Assembly (NCBI GenBank): GCA_902559355.1
Contig: CACEHM010000001.1
Span: forward strand, 81,829-145,828
DNA: 64,000 nucleotides
Direction of reading: 5' to 3'
DNA from: an uncultured Gammaproteobacteria bacterium
GTDB lineage: Bacteria > Pseudomonadota > Gammaproteobacteria > GCA-002705445 > GCA-002716945
The notes below the pieces were generated by a model. The model did no database searches, had not been told where the DNA came from, and saw nothing but the letters and a program-made list of their open reading frames with translations. Both the position numbers and the translations under genes were made by a program. Shown here one piece after another: positions 30,355-39,909 of this stretch. Within the stretch, counting starts at the first letter, position 1. Each line of letters starts with the position of its first letter.

Positions 30355-30738
30355 ATGCAATTAGACCATAAACATCTTGTTTTGAGAGCAGAAGTAATTA
30401 ATTGTCCGGCTGAGGAATCTCTTCACGAAGTCCTTGAATGGATGAAAAATCTCATTAAAAAAATTGATATGAAGTTAATGCAAGGCCCAGCTATTAGTTA
30501 TGTTGATCAACCAGGTAATCGAGGGACAACATGTATGGCTTTAATTGAAACGAGTCATATAGTAATTCATATTTGGGATGAGCTTGAGCCTGGAATAATC
30601 CAACTAGACATATACAGTTGTAAAGAATTTAAATTGGATATAGTTATGAACCACATTAAGCAATACTTTAATGTAATAAATATACAATATAAATTTCTAG
30701 ATAGAACTTCAGGTATGAAAATTATTGATGAGAGTTGA
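30355..30738 (+). CDS. speD: S-adenosylmethionine decarboxylase proenzyme, small pyruvoyl type
   Basis: 127 aa. The region ETSHIVIHIW resembles the Glu-Ser self-cleavage region of class 1 AdoMetDC. It is divergent from speE. Confidence 0.7.
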   Translation: MQLDHKHLVLRAEVINCPAEESLHEVLEWMKNLIKKIDMKLMQGPAISYVDQPGNRGTTCMALIETSHIVIHIWDELEPGIIQLDIYSCKEFKLDIVMNHIKQYFNVINIQYKFLDRTSGMKIIDES

Positions 30739-30740
30739 AA

Positions 30741-31571
30741 TCAACTTACTGCGTTCTCATACTTAATTCTAGCGCTTATCATATCTATTAGTAGACACAT
30801 TTTTTTATAAAGAGGACTATTTTTTGTGTAATCAGCTTCTGCAATAAAATCAACTCTATTAGCAGACAGTAAATCATAAGAAACTTTTTTTTGTTGGTTG
30901 CTTTTTTTTGGATAAACAGAAATAGCATGTCCGTTTTGTTTTTTAATTAATGCCATGCTAGGTACGTCAGTAAGACCATCTCCAACATATATCATATTTT
31001 CAAATGGAATAGGGCGACTATTTTCAGGCATATGACTATTAATTGATTCAGAAAACTTCTCTTTACCTTTATTAATCCTGAAAAGAAACTGTGTTTTTGT
31101 AGTATCTGTAACAACAATTTTAGGAAATGTAGCATTACCATGTTTGTCAAAATAATACTGAGAACCAAATATATTAGTTAAATTTTTTCTGATAGATGTA
31201 GCCTGTAGGATTTCATGATGTCCAGCAGATATTACATAATGAGAAACTTTTATATTCTTATGATTGTTTTTTGTATAATTATTAATATTTGTGAACCAAT
31301 TCTTGACACCTCTAAAATATTTAATTTTATCTGCCATAAATGTGAATTCATCTTTTGTAATTTTAATACCTAAAGATTCAGCATGACTGATGAGTTGTCT
31401 CATATATATCATCATAATTTCTCCATCAGTTGCATTAGCCTCATTAAGAATATCTGCCCAGAATTTATTAGAATTTAATTTCAATCTTGGAATTATTGTG
31501 TACTCTTGCATCGTTTTTGGGGTAAGTGTTCCGTCAAAATCATAGACTAGAGCTATTGTATTCTGCTTCAT
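30741..31571 (-). CDS. HAD-superfamily (subfamily IB-like) hydrolase/phosphatase
   Basis: HAD motif I DFDGTLT, a motif IV-like VGDGLTD, and a cap domain between them. Confidence 0.6.
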   Translation of the reverse strand: MKQNTIALVYDFDGTLTPKTMQEYTIIPRLKLNSNKFWADILNEANATDGEIMMIYMRQLISHAESLGIKITKDEFTFMADKIKYFRGVKNWFTNINNYTKNNHKNIKVSHYVISAGHHEILQATSIRKNLTNIFGSQYYFDKHGNATFPKIVVTDTTKTQFLFRINKGKEKFSESINSHMPENSRPIPFENMIYVGDGLTDVPSMALIKKQNGHAISVYPKKSNQQKKVSYDLLSANRVDFIAEADYTKNSPLYKKMCLLIDMISARIKYENAVS

Positions 31572-33271
31572 TACATTACATCCATTGGTTCAATATCTAG
31601 TAATTGAAATCCATTTAAAATAATTTTATCTACACATTTGATAAGTACAATTTTTTCACCTTTAATTTCTGGGGAGATAATTTTAGTTTCAGCATAATAT
31701 GAGTGAAAAACTTGTGAAAGCTTGTATAAATAATTTGTAATTATATCTGGTCTAATTTCTCTAATAGACTTATTTACCGTATCTTGATATAGATTAATTA
31801 ATTCTATAAGTTGATTTTCATTTTTAGTATTTAAATTATTTAAAACCTCTTTTTCAATAACTTGTTGCTTTAAATCATCTACTATCCTTTTTATTCTGGC
31901 ATGAGCATATTGAATATAATATATAGGATTATTTTTATTTTTCTCTACTGCAAGATCCACATCAAACTCGAGATGTTGTTCCTTTTTTTTAGTTAAATAA
32001 AAAAACTTAGTTGCATCGCATCCAATTTCTTTGACTAAATCTTGCAGTGGGTAAAAATTACCACTTCTAGTTGACATAGAAATTGACTCGCCCCCTCTTA
32101 TTAAATTAGCAAATTGAATTAAATGTATTTGTAATCTATTATCAACATCATATCCAAGAGCTTTCATCGCGTTTGTCAACCTTGCTGCATAATCATGATG
32201 ATCAGCTCCCCAGATGTCGATTAACAAATCATAATGTTTAAACTTGTGTGCATGATAAGCAATATCTGTGGCAAAGTATGTCATATCGCCATTACTTTTT
32301 ACTAATACTCTATCTTTCTCTTCACCAAATTTAGTATTTTTAAACCATAGAGCTCCGTCTTTTTTATAGCTTAAATTTTTATTATCTAAATCGATAAGTA
32401 TTTGTTTGAGAAGACCTGTTTTATATAGTTCACTCTCAAAGTACCAGCTATCAAACGATATATTAACTGATGATAAATCTTCTTTAATATAATCATTTAT
32501 AATTACATCAACTAACGATTTTCTAATATTCAAATAATTTTTATGTTTTTTGAGAAATTTTATTAGAGCATCTATTGGTTCATTAAGTAAACTTAAAACT
32601 TTCTGACTATCAATATCTTTAAGAACGCTTGAAATAATATTTGAGACATCCTTGATATATAATCCTTTATAGGTAACTAAAAGACCCTCATCGCTCTCTT
32701 TCTCATCACTAAAGATATGATCTTCTTTATTAAGGTAACTCAATAATACACTTACAAGTAGGAGATCAATTTGCCTACCAGCATCATTGACATAATATTC
32801 TCTATTAACAGAATGACCTTGATAAGATAAAAATCTAGCAGTTATATCTCCAACAACCATACCTCTTCCATGACCGATGTGAAGTGGACCTGTAGGGTTT
32901 GCTGATACAAATTCTATGTGTACATTTTTTTTATTATTTTCTTTTAAGATTATTAAGTCATCACTCATGATTCTGTTTAATTCGTTAAACTTATTAGACT
33001 TTGTAAGAAAAAAGTTTATATATCCAGGTGTCGCTATTTCTATTTTTTCGACACTATCCATTGCTCCTATGTTCTTCGTTATTTCTTCAGCTATTAACAT
33101 AGGACTTCTTTTAAGTAGTTTTGCTAATTTCATAGCAACATTTGTATAGAGGTCTCCATGTGATGTATCAGTAGTTCGATTTACTTCTATTATTAAGCTA
33201 TCGACACCCTCAAAAGAGTTATAGAGCTTATTTAAAGTATCAACTATTTTAAGTTTTATTTTTTTGCTCAT
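31571..33271 (-). CDS. argS: Arginine--tRNA ligase
   Basis: 566 aa, class I HIGH motif (PTGPLHIGHGRG), ArgRS N-terminal add-1 domain and a DALR anticodon-binding region. Confidence 0.9.
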   Translation of the reverse strand: MSKKIKLKIVDTLNKLYNSFEGVDSLIIEVNRTTDTSHGDLYTNVAMKLAKLLKRSPMLIAEEITKNIGAMDSVEKIEIATPGYINFFLTKSNKFNELNRIMSDDLIILKENNKKNVHIEFVSANPTGPLHIGHGRGMVVGDITARFLSYQGHSVNREYYVNDAGRQIDLLLVSVLLSYLNKEDHIFSDEKESDEGLLVTYKGLYIKDVSNIISSVLKDIDSQKVLSLLNEPIDALIKFLKKHKNYLNIRKSLVDVIINDYIKEDLSSVNISFDSWYFESELYKTGLLKQILIDLDNKNLSYKKDGALWFKNTKFGEEKDRVLVKSNGDMTYFATDIAYHAHKFKHYDLLIDIWGADHHDYAARLTNAMKALGYDVDNRLQIHLIQFANLIRGGESISMSTRSGNFYPLQDLVKEIGCDATKFFYLTKKKEQHLEFDVDLAVEKNKNNPIYYIQYAHARIKRIVDDLKQQVIEKEVLNNLNTKNENQLIELINLYQDTVNKSIREIRPDIITNYLYKLSQVFHSYYAETKIISPEIKGEKIVLIKCVDKIILNGFQLLDIEPMDVM

Positions 33272-35241
33272 TGTTCTATAGGATCAACATCAATGTACCA
33301 TTTTATTCTTTTATCCATGCTGGATAAGTATAACTTAATTCTTGTTATATGTTTTGATAAAAGACTCGAGCTTTCTGACCCAATGATTATCTGATAAAAG
33401 TATTGATTATTTTTTTTTGATGTTTGTGATGGCGCAGGACCATATACAAATATAGATTTATTTTTTTTAAGTTTTGCTGCGTTTACCAACGTCATTTTGG
33501 CAAGTTGTCTAATTGAGCAAGAAACTTTAACTACTCCTATGTGACTATAAGGTGGAAGATTAACTGCTTTACGTTGTTTAAGAGCTACCTTACTGAAATT
33601 CTCATATCCCTCTCTAAGTATTTTTTGAAGTAATTCATGCTTAGGATTATTAGTCTGTATTATAACGTTCCCTCTAACTTTTTGCCTGCCGGCTCTACCT
33701 GATACTTGAGTTATCAGCTGACCTGTCTTTTCTATGCCTCTAAAATCAGTACTATATAACCCTGCATCAATATTAATAATTCCAACTAATGATACATCTT
33801 CAAAATCATGTCCTTTAACAATCATTTGTGTTCCTATAAATATATCAATTTCATTGTTGTTAGCTTTTTTAATGAAATCTTTGAGATCGCTCTTTGATGA
33901 AATATTGTCACTATCAACTCTTAGTATATTTTTATCTGGAAACAAATTTTTGACTTTATTTTCTATTCTTTGCGTACCTATACCAAGAGGAACCAAGCAA
34001 GGGTTTTCACAACAAGGCTTTACCGAGTCAAAGCTTTGACTAAATCCACAATGGTGACATATCAATCTCTCAACATTTTTATGGTATGTTATATTCGAAT
34101 CACATTTTGGACACTTAACAATAGTCTTGCATTCACTACAGATAACTGTATTACTGAATCCTCTTCTACCAATGAATAAGATTACTTTGTTATTTTTATT
34201 TAACTCTATTTTCATTTCATCTTTTAGAGTTTTTGATAGACCTTCATCTGGTTTATCAATTGATGTATCTACTATTGTCACAAGCGGTAACGGCGATTTG
34301 AAATATCTATTTTTTAGTAAATGTTGTTTATATTTTTTTATACTGACATTATGAATTGTCTCAAAAGAGGGTGTAGCCGTAGCTAATACAACGGGGCAGT
34401 CTAAAGATTTAGATCTAACAATACCAATATCTCTAGCATTATACTTAAATTTTTCTGTCTGTTTATAAGATTGATCATGTTCCTCATCTATGACTAATAG
34501 CTTTAAGTTCTTAAATGGTAAAAAAACTGATGATCTTGTTCCTATGATTATAAGCCTATCTTCTTCTTTACATGCTCTCCAAACTTTAAATTTTTGTAGT
34601 GGTGTTAGATTAGAGTGATAATCTAAAGGCTCCAGATCAAGATATTTTTTAAATCTATTTACTGTTTGAGGGGTTAGATTTATCTCGGGTACCATTATAA
34701 GGACTTGTGCATCACTTTGTAACAAATCAATTGCTAGTTGAGTATAGACTTCTGTTTTACCTGAACCAGTAACTCCTTTTAAAAGGTGAACTTGATGTTG
34801 TTTGATGTTCTTATAAATATCTATAACAACTTTTGACTGCTCTTCATTAAGTTTCAATTGAGAATTTGAACTTTTCTCATTAAAGACTAGTTTTCTATCA
34901 GGTGACGGCAAACCTTTTCTATGAATAGGAGTTAGAGCATTAAATAATACTTGTCCTATAGGGTAGTGATAATATGTTGAGGCCCATTTACATGTCTCCA
35001 TCATCTCAGTCGACAAAACGCGACTTTCATCAAGCACTTTATGTATATTTTTTATCTTGTAGGCAGTCTGGCCTGCATTCAATTTTTTAGTTTCTACAAT
35101 TATTCCTGTTCTAGTAGAGCTCCCAAAAGGCACCTTTACTCTACACCCAATTTTAATGTCCTGATTTTCAACAATATAGTCAAACAATTGATTTATCGGC
35201 ACATCCAATGCCACAGATATAAGTTTTTGCATACCCAACAT
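33268..35241 (-). CDS. priA: Primosomal protein N' (replication restart helicase)
   Basis: Walker A GVTGSGKTEVY, a DEEH box (VIDEEHD), and the Cys-rich zinc-binding insert (CSEC...CPKC...CHHC...). It is 657 aa. Confidence 0.85.
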   Translation of the reverse strand: MLGMQKLISVALDVPINQLFDYIVENQDIKIGCRVKVPFGSSTRTGIIVETKKLNAGQTAYKIKNIHKVLDESRVLSTEMMETCKWASTYYHYPIGQVLFNALTPIHRKGLPSPDRKLVFNEKSSNSQLKLNEEQSKVVIDIYKNIKQHQVHLLKGVTGSGKTEVYTQLAIDLLQSDAQVLIMVPEINLTPQTVNRFKKYLDLEPLDYHSNLTPLQKFKVWRACKEEDRLIIIGTRSSVFLPFKNLKLLVIDEEHDQSYKQTEKFKYNARDIGIVRSKSLDCPVVLATATPSFETIHNVSIKKYKQHLLKNRYFKSPLPLVTIVDTSIDKPDEGLSKTLKDEMKIELNKNNKVILFIGRRGFSNTVICSECKTIVKCPKCDSNITYHKNVERLICHHCGFSQSFDSVKPCCENPCLVPLGIGTQRIENKVKNLFPDKNILRVDSDNISSKSDLKDFIKKANNNEIDIFIGTQMIVKGHDFEDVSLVGIINIDAGLYSTDFRGIEKTGQLITQVSGRAGRQKVRGNVIIQTNNPKHELLQKILREGYENFSKVALKQRKAVNLPPYSHIGVVKVSCSIRQLAKMTLVNAAKLKKNKSIFVYGPAPSQTSKKNNQYFYQIIIGSESSSLLSKHITRIKLYLSSMDKRIKWYIDVDPIEQ

Positions 35242-35286
35242 TATAAACTATGTTTTATATGGCTTTTGTTATAAAACAATTATAGT

Positions 35287-35321
35287 TTATCCACAGCTTC
35301 TGTGGATAATTCTGTGAATAA
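35287..35321. promoter_or_regulatory. Cluster of three consensus DnaA boxes (TTATNCACA)
   Basis: TTATCCACA at 35287..35295. TGTGGATAA at 35301..35309, forming a 23-bp perfect palindrome with the first. TGTGAATAA at 35313..35321. All lie 46-80 bp upstream of the priA start codon (35241, minus strand) inside a 350-bp AT-rich spacer. Confidence 0.6.
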
Positions 35322-35593
35322 ATCTAATATAAAATGTCGAAACCTAACTACATCGTAACATTTCTCAAATCGTTCAACTTATGGTCGAAATAAATTATGC
35401 ATATATATCATATACATATCAAAATAATAATTATATTATTTCATATTCATTGATATAAACATATGATATTGGATAGGTAAAGTTAAAAGTTTTGTCCTGT
35501 TAATAAACGTCCAATATAGTGCATAAAATATAAACTTTTTTCATTTAAATTTAAGGATTCTTAACTAACATTTTCATGTAATATATAGGATAT

Positions 35594-36178
35594 ATGGATA
35601 TATCAAGACAGATCCTCAGGCTAAATTATGCCGGGCTGCCAATAGGATGGATCACCTACCAGACTGCTGTGAGATTGTATTATAACGATCAGGTAACCTA
35701 TGAGTGTGGCACTAGCACCCTATTAGTGAGAGGAGGTATTAACCGTGTAACTGGCTTAAGAAGCAAAATTGAAGTAAATTCTATAATTGCTACTAAGAAT
35801 TATAGCAAAGTATCATACTCAGATTACACTCCACCCCTTACAAATCCCACCCTTTTTCATAGAGATGCAAAAACATGCATGTATTGTGGCGAAACCTTTA
35901 CTATTAAAAACTTATCTAGAGATCATGTAATTCCACTGTCTAAAGGGGGCGAGGATAAATGGACAAATTTAGTTACTGCTTGCAAAGGGTGTAATAATAA
36001 AAAAGGTGACAGAACACCCGAACAAGCAAGCATGCCATTGTTAGCTGTACCATTTATACCATCCAGGGTTGAATATTTAATACTTAGAGGAAGAACAATT
36101 CTTGCAGATCAAATGGATTTCCTATTGTCCCATGTCCCTAAAACAAGCAGAATTCGTAAAAGATTTAAAAAGGGATGA
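35594..36178 (+). CDS. HNH endonuclease, standalone two-domain protein
   Basis: HNH motif CMYCGE...DHVIPLSKGG...NLVTACKGCNNKKG preceded by a conserved N-terminal region of about 110 aa. GC content is about 40-44%, against about 30% for the flanking genes. Confidence 0.75.
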   Translation: MDISRQILRLNYAGLPIGWITYQTAVRLYYNDQVTYECGTSTLLVRGGINRVTGLRSKIEVNSIIATKNYSKVSYSDYTPPLTNPTLFHRDAKTCMYCGETFTIKNLSRDHVIPLSKGGEDKWTNLVTACKGCNNKKGDRTPEQASMPLLAVPFIPSRVEYLILRGRTILADQMDFLLSHVPKTSRIRKRFKKG

Positions 36179-36181
36179 GAA

Positions 36182-37168
36182 GTGTCTAAAGTAACTATTT
36201 TGGTCAATCTGGGGACTCCAGATCAGCCATATGAAAAAGAAGTTAGAACATATTTAAAAGAATTCCTATCTGATAAATATGTTATACGATTGCCTAGATT
36301 ATTTTGGTTAACATTATTGAATCTAGTCATACTGAGGACAAGACCAAAAAAAAGTGCTGAACTATATCGCAAAGTTTGGACTGGATGGGGATCCCCATTA
36401 CTTTTCCACACTTATGCACAAACTGGGCATCTAAGAGATATGGCAAGAGAGTTGGACTCTGATGTATATTTTGATACTGCTATGAGATATGGAAATCCAT
36501 CCATTAAAAAAGTTCTTTATCAATTGATTGAAAAAGGATACAAAGATATAACGATTCTGCCTATGTTTCCACAATATTCAACAACAACAACCCTCTCTAT
36601 TTTTGAACTTATTAAACAGTTGATCAAAAAGGATAAAAATTATTTTTCAGGTGTCAATATAAATGCTATATCTAGTTTTCATGATAATAATTTGTATATT
36701 AAAGCATGTGCAAACAAAATAAGATCATCACAAAAGATACTTAGTAAACCAGATAAACTTTTGTTTTCTTTTCATGGTATTCCCGAATCATATATAGGTG
36801 ATGATGAGCCATACCAAAAAGAATGTCTACATACGGCACATCTGATTGCTAAGGAATTGAAATTAACTGAGAATGAGTATGAGATTGCCTTTCAATCTAG
36901 ATTTGGAAAAGCTGAATGGATAAAACCTTATTTGTCATCTAGGCTTGAAGAGCTTCCAAACGAAGGTATAACAAATTTACATGTATTTTGCCCCGGGTTT
37001 TCGTCAGATTGTTTAGAAACTATAGATGAAATTGGGAGAGAATCTAAGGAAGATTATATTGAACATGGGGGAAAAGAATTTAGTTTTATCCCATGCTTGA
37101 ACAGCGATGAACAATTTATTAAAGCATTAATGAATATACAAAGTGTCCCTGATATCAAGCTATTATGA
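36182..37168 (+). CDS. hemH: Ferrochelatase
   Basis: N-terminal ILVNLGTPD, then HemH motifs (FSFHGIPESY, QSRFGKAEWIKPY). The apparent start is GTG. Confidence 0.9.
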   Translation: MSKVTILVNLGTPDQPYEKEVRTYLKEFLSDKYVIRLPRLFWLTLLNLVILRTRPKKSAELYRKVWTGWGSPLLFHTYAQTGHLRDMARELDSDVYFDTAMRYGNPSIKKVLYQLIEKGYKDITILPMFPQYSTTTTLSIFELIKQLIKKDKNYFSGVNINAISSFHDNNLYIKACANKIRSSQKILSKPDKLLFSFHGIPESYIGDDEPYQKECLHTAHLIAKELKLTENEYEIAFQSRFGKAEWIKPYLSSRLEELPNEGITNLHVFCPGFSSDCLETIDEIGRESKEDYIEHGGKEFSFIPCLNSDEQFIKALMNIQSVPDIKLL

Positions 37169-38422
37169 TCTATAAGCCGGAAGTTTCTTCTTAATGGTTT
37201 TACATTCGAGTTTTGCATATTGAGGGATTCCATTCTCGTAGCTTGGGTAATCTTCGCCTTGAATAAGATTTGAAATGTATTCTTTACATGATCTAGTAAT
37301 TTCAAATCCATTAGATTTAATGAAATTTTTGGGTAACATCTTCTCTACATTGGCAACATTATTAAGATTCGTTGAGCTGATAGACCATTTATACTTTTGT
37401 TTGGTTTTAGTACTTTTAATTGTAAGCATAATGTTATTATTGTCTAGCTTAGCAACTTTTATTGATTCTAACCCAAGAGCATAGGCTTGCTGCACATCTA
37501 CCTTTGATGCTATGTGTCTTGCAGCTCTTTGCAAGTAATCAGAAACTGCCCAATGCACTTTGTATTTAAGTTCACTACTTATGATAGATGATAGTACTGG
37601 CGCAACACCACCTAGTTGAGCGTGCCCAAAACTATCTTTTAGTCCACTATCACTGAGAAATTTATTTTTACTATCTTTTATTCCCTCAGATGCAACGATT
37701 ACACAATATCCATATTTTATAGTTGTTTCTTTTACTTTTTTTAAAAAAGAGCTTCGATTAAATTGAATTTCAGGGAAAAGAATAAGATGAGGAGCATCTC
37801 CTGCTTTTTCTTTGATAACCCCTGCTGAGGCAGCCAACCACCCTGCATGTCTTCCCATAACCTCTAAGATAAAGACTTTAGTGGATGTCTCACACATAGA
37901 CTTTACATCTAAGGACGCTTCTAGTGTCGATGTAGCTATGTATTTAGCTACAGAACCAAATCCTGGACAGTTGTCTGTTATAGGTAAATCATTATCAATA
38001 GTTTTGGGTAAACCGATGCAAATTATTGAGTGATTTTTTTCTTTAAAAAACTTACTGACTTTATTGGTTGTATCTTGAGAATCCCCACCTCCATTATAGA
38101 AAAAATACCTTATGTTATGTTTCTTAAATACTTCATATAGACGATCGAAATCTTTTTTTGATTTTTTAAAATCACTTAGTTTAAGTCTACAAGAACCAAA
38201 AGCTCCTCCAGGTGTTTGCTTTAGAAGGGCTAATTGAGCTTTATCCTCTTTAGATATATCTATTAATTCTTCATTTAAAGCTCCGAGTATTCCATTTTTT
38301 CCTATATATAGTTTTCCAAAACTTTTTTTATTTTGATTGTATGCATCAATAACGCCAGCAGCAGTAGCATTAATTACAGGTGTTACGCCTCCAGACTGCG
38401 CATAAAAGATATTTCCTTTCAT
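37163..38422 (-). CDS. pfk: 6-phosphofructokinase, probably pyrophosphate-dependent
   Basis: PFK family (QSGGVTPVINA, GGGDS, PKTIDND). The Lys in PKTIDND, where ATP-PFKs have Gly (GIPGTIDND), is a PPi-PFK signature. The 419-aa length fits the long PPi-PFK group. Confidence 0.75.
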   Translation of the reverse strand: MKGNIFYAQSGGVTPVINATAAGVIDAYNQNKKSFGKLYIGKNGILGALNEELIDISKEDKAQLALLKQTPGGAFGSCRLKLSDFKKSKKDFDRLYEVFKKHNIRYFFYNGGGDSQDTTNKVSKFFKEKNHSIICIGLPKTIDNDLPITDNCPGFGSVAKYIATSTLEASLDVKSMCETSTKVFILEVMGRHAGWLAASAGVIKEKAGDAPHLILFPEIQFNRSSFLKKVKETTIKYGYCVIVASEGIKDSKNKFLSDSGLKDSFGHAQLGGVAPVLSSIISSELKYKVHWAVSDYLQRAARHIASKVDVQQAYALGLESIKVAKLDNNNIMLTIKSTKTKQKYKWSISSTNLNNVANVEKMLPKNFIKSNGFEITRSCKEYISNLIQGEDYPSYENGIPQYAKLECKTIKKKLPAYRS

Positions 38423-38424
38423 AT

Positions 38425-39909
38425 TTACTCCACTATTTTGATTAAAGTACCCACCTCTGGCTTACCCTCTGGATAATGTCCGTTCAATAATCTAAGTCTA
38501 CCCTCAGCATATCTGCCAAGTGGACTGTTATCAGCTAATTCTTTATATGACATTCCTTCCTTAAATCTTATCACCTTGATTTTTAAACCTTGAGATTTAC
38601 TTACTTCTTCTTCAGTCATCTTTTGAAATGATGTTTCTATAATTTTCGAAGCATTATCATCATTAATTTCCCTAAACTTTTTTATAAATATCCATGCTTT
38701 AGGTTTTTTATCTTCTTGATTAATGTCAAAAAAGACAGAGTATCTAGTATAAGTAATATCAACCACAGATGTAGTTTTATATAAGTAAGTATAGCCAGAC
38801 ATTTTATTTTTATTAAGAGGTTTTTGTTCGATTAGTTTATTAGTTGATAAGAATGATGTTTTATCAATGTTCTGATCTAGATAATCTTTAGGCGAAAAAC
38901 CATTATCAATATCATCCCTTAAAAGATTATCTGCTATTAGAACTATTTCTGATTCCTTATTTGTAATAATCAATTTATCTGGAAGATTCTTTAAATCCCA
39001 TCCTTTGGGAATGGTAAATTTTATGGCAAAAAAAGGATGGTAGAAGGTATTGTATCTCATATAGCCCTCCTCATCACTTGTCCCATAAGGAAGCCCATCA
39101 ATCATTTTAAGAAAGGCATCTTTATTTTTTTTGCCAGCCATGCTTTCTGTCTGATTCATCGCTTCAATCCTATTTTCAGTAGAAGGGTGAGTTGAGAAAA
39201 TATTATGATATCCAGCACTAATCGGCCTACCTTCTTTTTTTGCGATTTCATTTTCAAGATCATCTGCACTCTTCATAGTCTTTAGAAAATTTGCCATAGC
39301 GTTTTGGTTGTATCCATTTCTACCAAGATATTCCTTAGCTATATCATCTGCTTCAGATTCATATTTTCTACTATAGCCCTTGTTTACAATTTGATTAAGT
39401 AAATTAAATCCACTATTCGAAATTGATCCTCCGGGGACGCTTGATGCCGCAAGACCTATAAGTAAATTAGTTACTTGTGCAGTACTCATACCCCTAACTG
39501 CATGCCTTGCGGTGATATGAGCAATTTCATGACTAAGAACGCCAGCAAGTTCAGCTTCAGAATTAAAATGTGCAAGCAATCCTCTATAAAAATAAACATA
39601 ACCACCCGGAGTTGCAAAAGCATTAAAAGTTGGATCATCGATTATAGTGAACTTCCAATTTAAGTTAGGACGATGACTAGATTTTGCAATTTTTTCTCCA
39701 AGTTCTACATAATATTTAGTAAGCTCTTTATTATCTAAGACTTTAGAATTTTTAAGTATCTCTTTATGATAAGCTCTTCCCATTTCTACTTCTTGCTGTT
39801 CAGTAATAGTTACAAAATCAGGCATACCTGAAACAGGATTTTTTGCACATGAGGCAATAAAAGTTAGTATCAGTAAAAAATATATTATTGATTTATGATT
39901 TTTTAACAT
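38425..39909 (-). CDS. M48-family zinc metallopeptidase lipoprotein (LoiP/YggG-like) with a C-terminal LysM-like region
   Basis: Lipobox (LTFIASC), HEIAH zinc motif (SHEIAHITARH) and a downstream Glu, and a C-terminal segment resembling LysM (SYKELADNS...LNGHYPEGKPEVGTLIKI). Confidence 0.7.
   Translation of the reverse strand: MLKNHKSIIYFLLILTFIASCAKNPVSGMPDFVTITEQQEVEMGRAYHKEILKNSKVLDNKELTKYYVELGEKIAKSSHRPNLNWKFTIIDDPTFNAFATPGGYVYFYRGLLAHFNSEAELAGVLSHEIAHITARHAVRGMSTAQVTNLLIGLAASSVPGGSISNSGFNLLNQIVNKGYSRKYESEADDIAKEYLGRNGYNQNAMANFLKTMKSADDLENEIAKKEGRPISAGYHNIFSTHPSTENRIEAMNQTESMAGKKNKDAFLKMIDGLPYGTSDEEGYMRYNTFYHPFFAIKFTIPKGWDLKNLPDKLIITNKESEIVLIADNLLRDDIDNGFSPKDYLDQNIDKTSFLSTNKLIEQKPLNKNKMSGYTYLYKTTSVVDITYTRYSVFFDINQEDKKPKAWIFIKKFREINDDNASKIIETSFQKMTEEEVSKSQGLKIKVIRFKEGMSYKELADNSPLGRYAEGRLRLLNGHYPEGKPEVGTLIKIVE

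Noticed and set aside
35242-35593. Calling this spacer the chromosomal replication origin (oriC)
   Set aside because: Only three DnaA boxes are present, dnaA, dnaN and mnmG are not nearby, and gene orientation does not switch cleanly here (pfk, M48 and rdgB are on the minus strand just downstream). I keep it as a finding, a DnaA-box cluster of unknown role, rather than annotate an origin.
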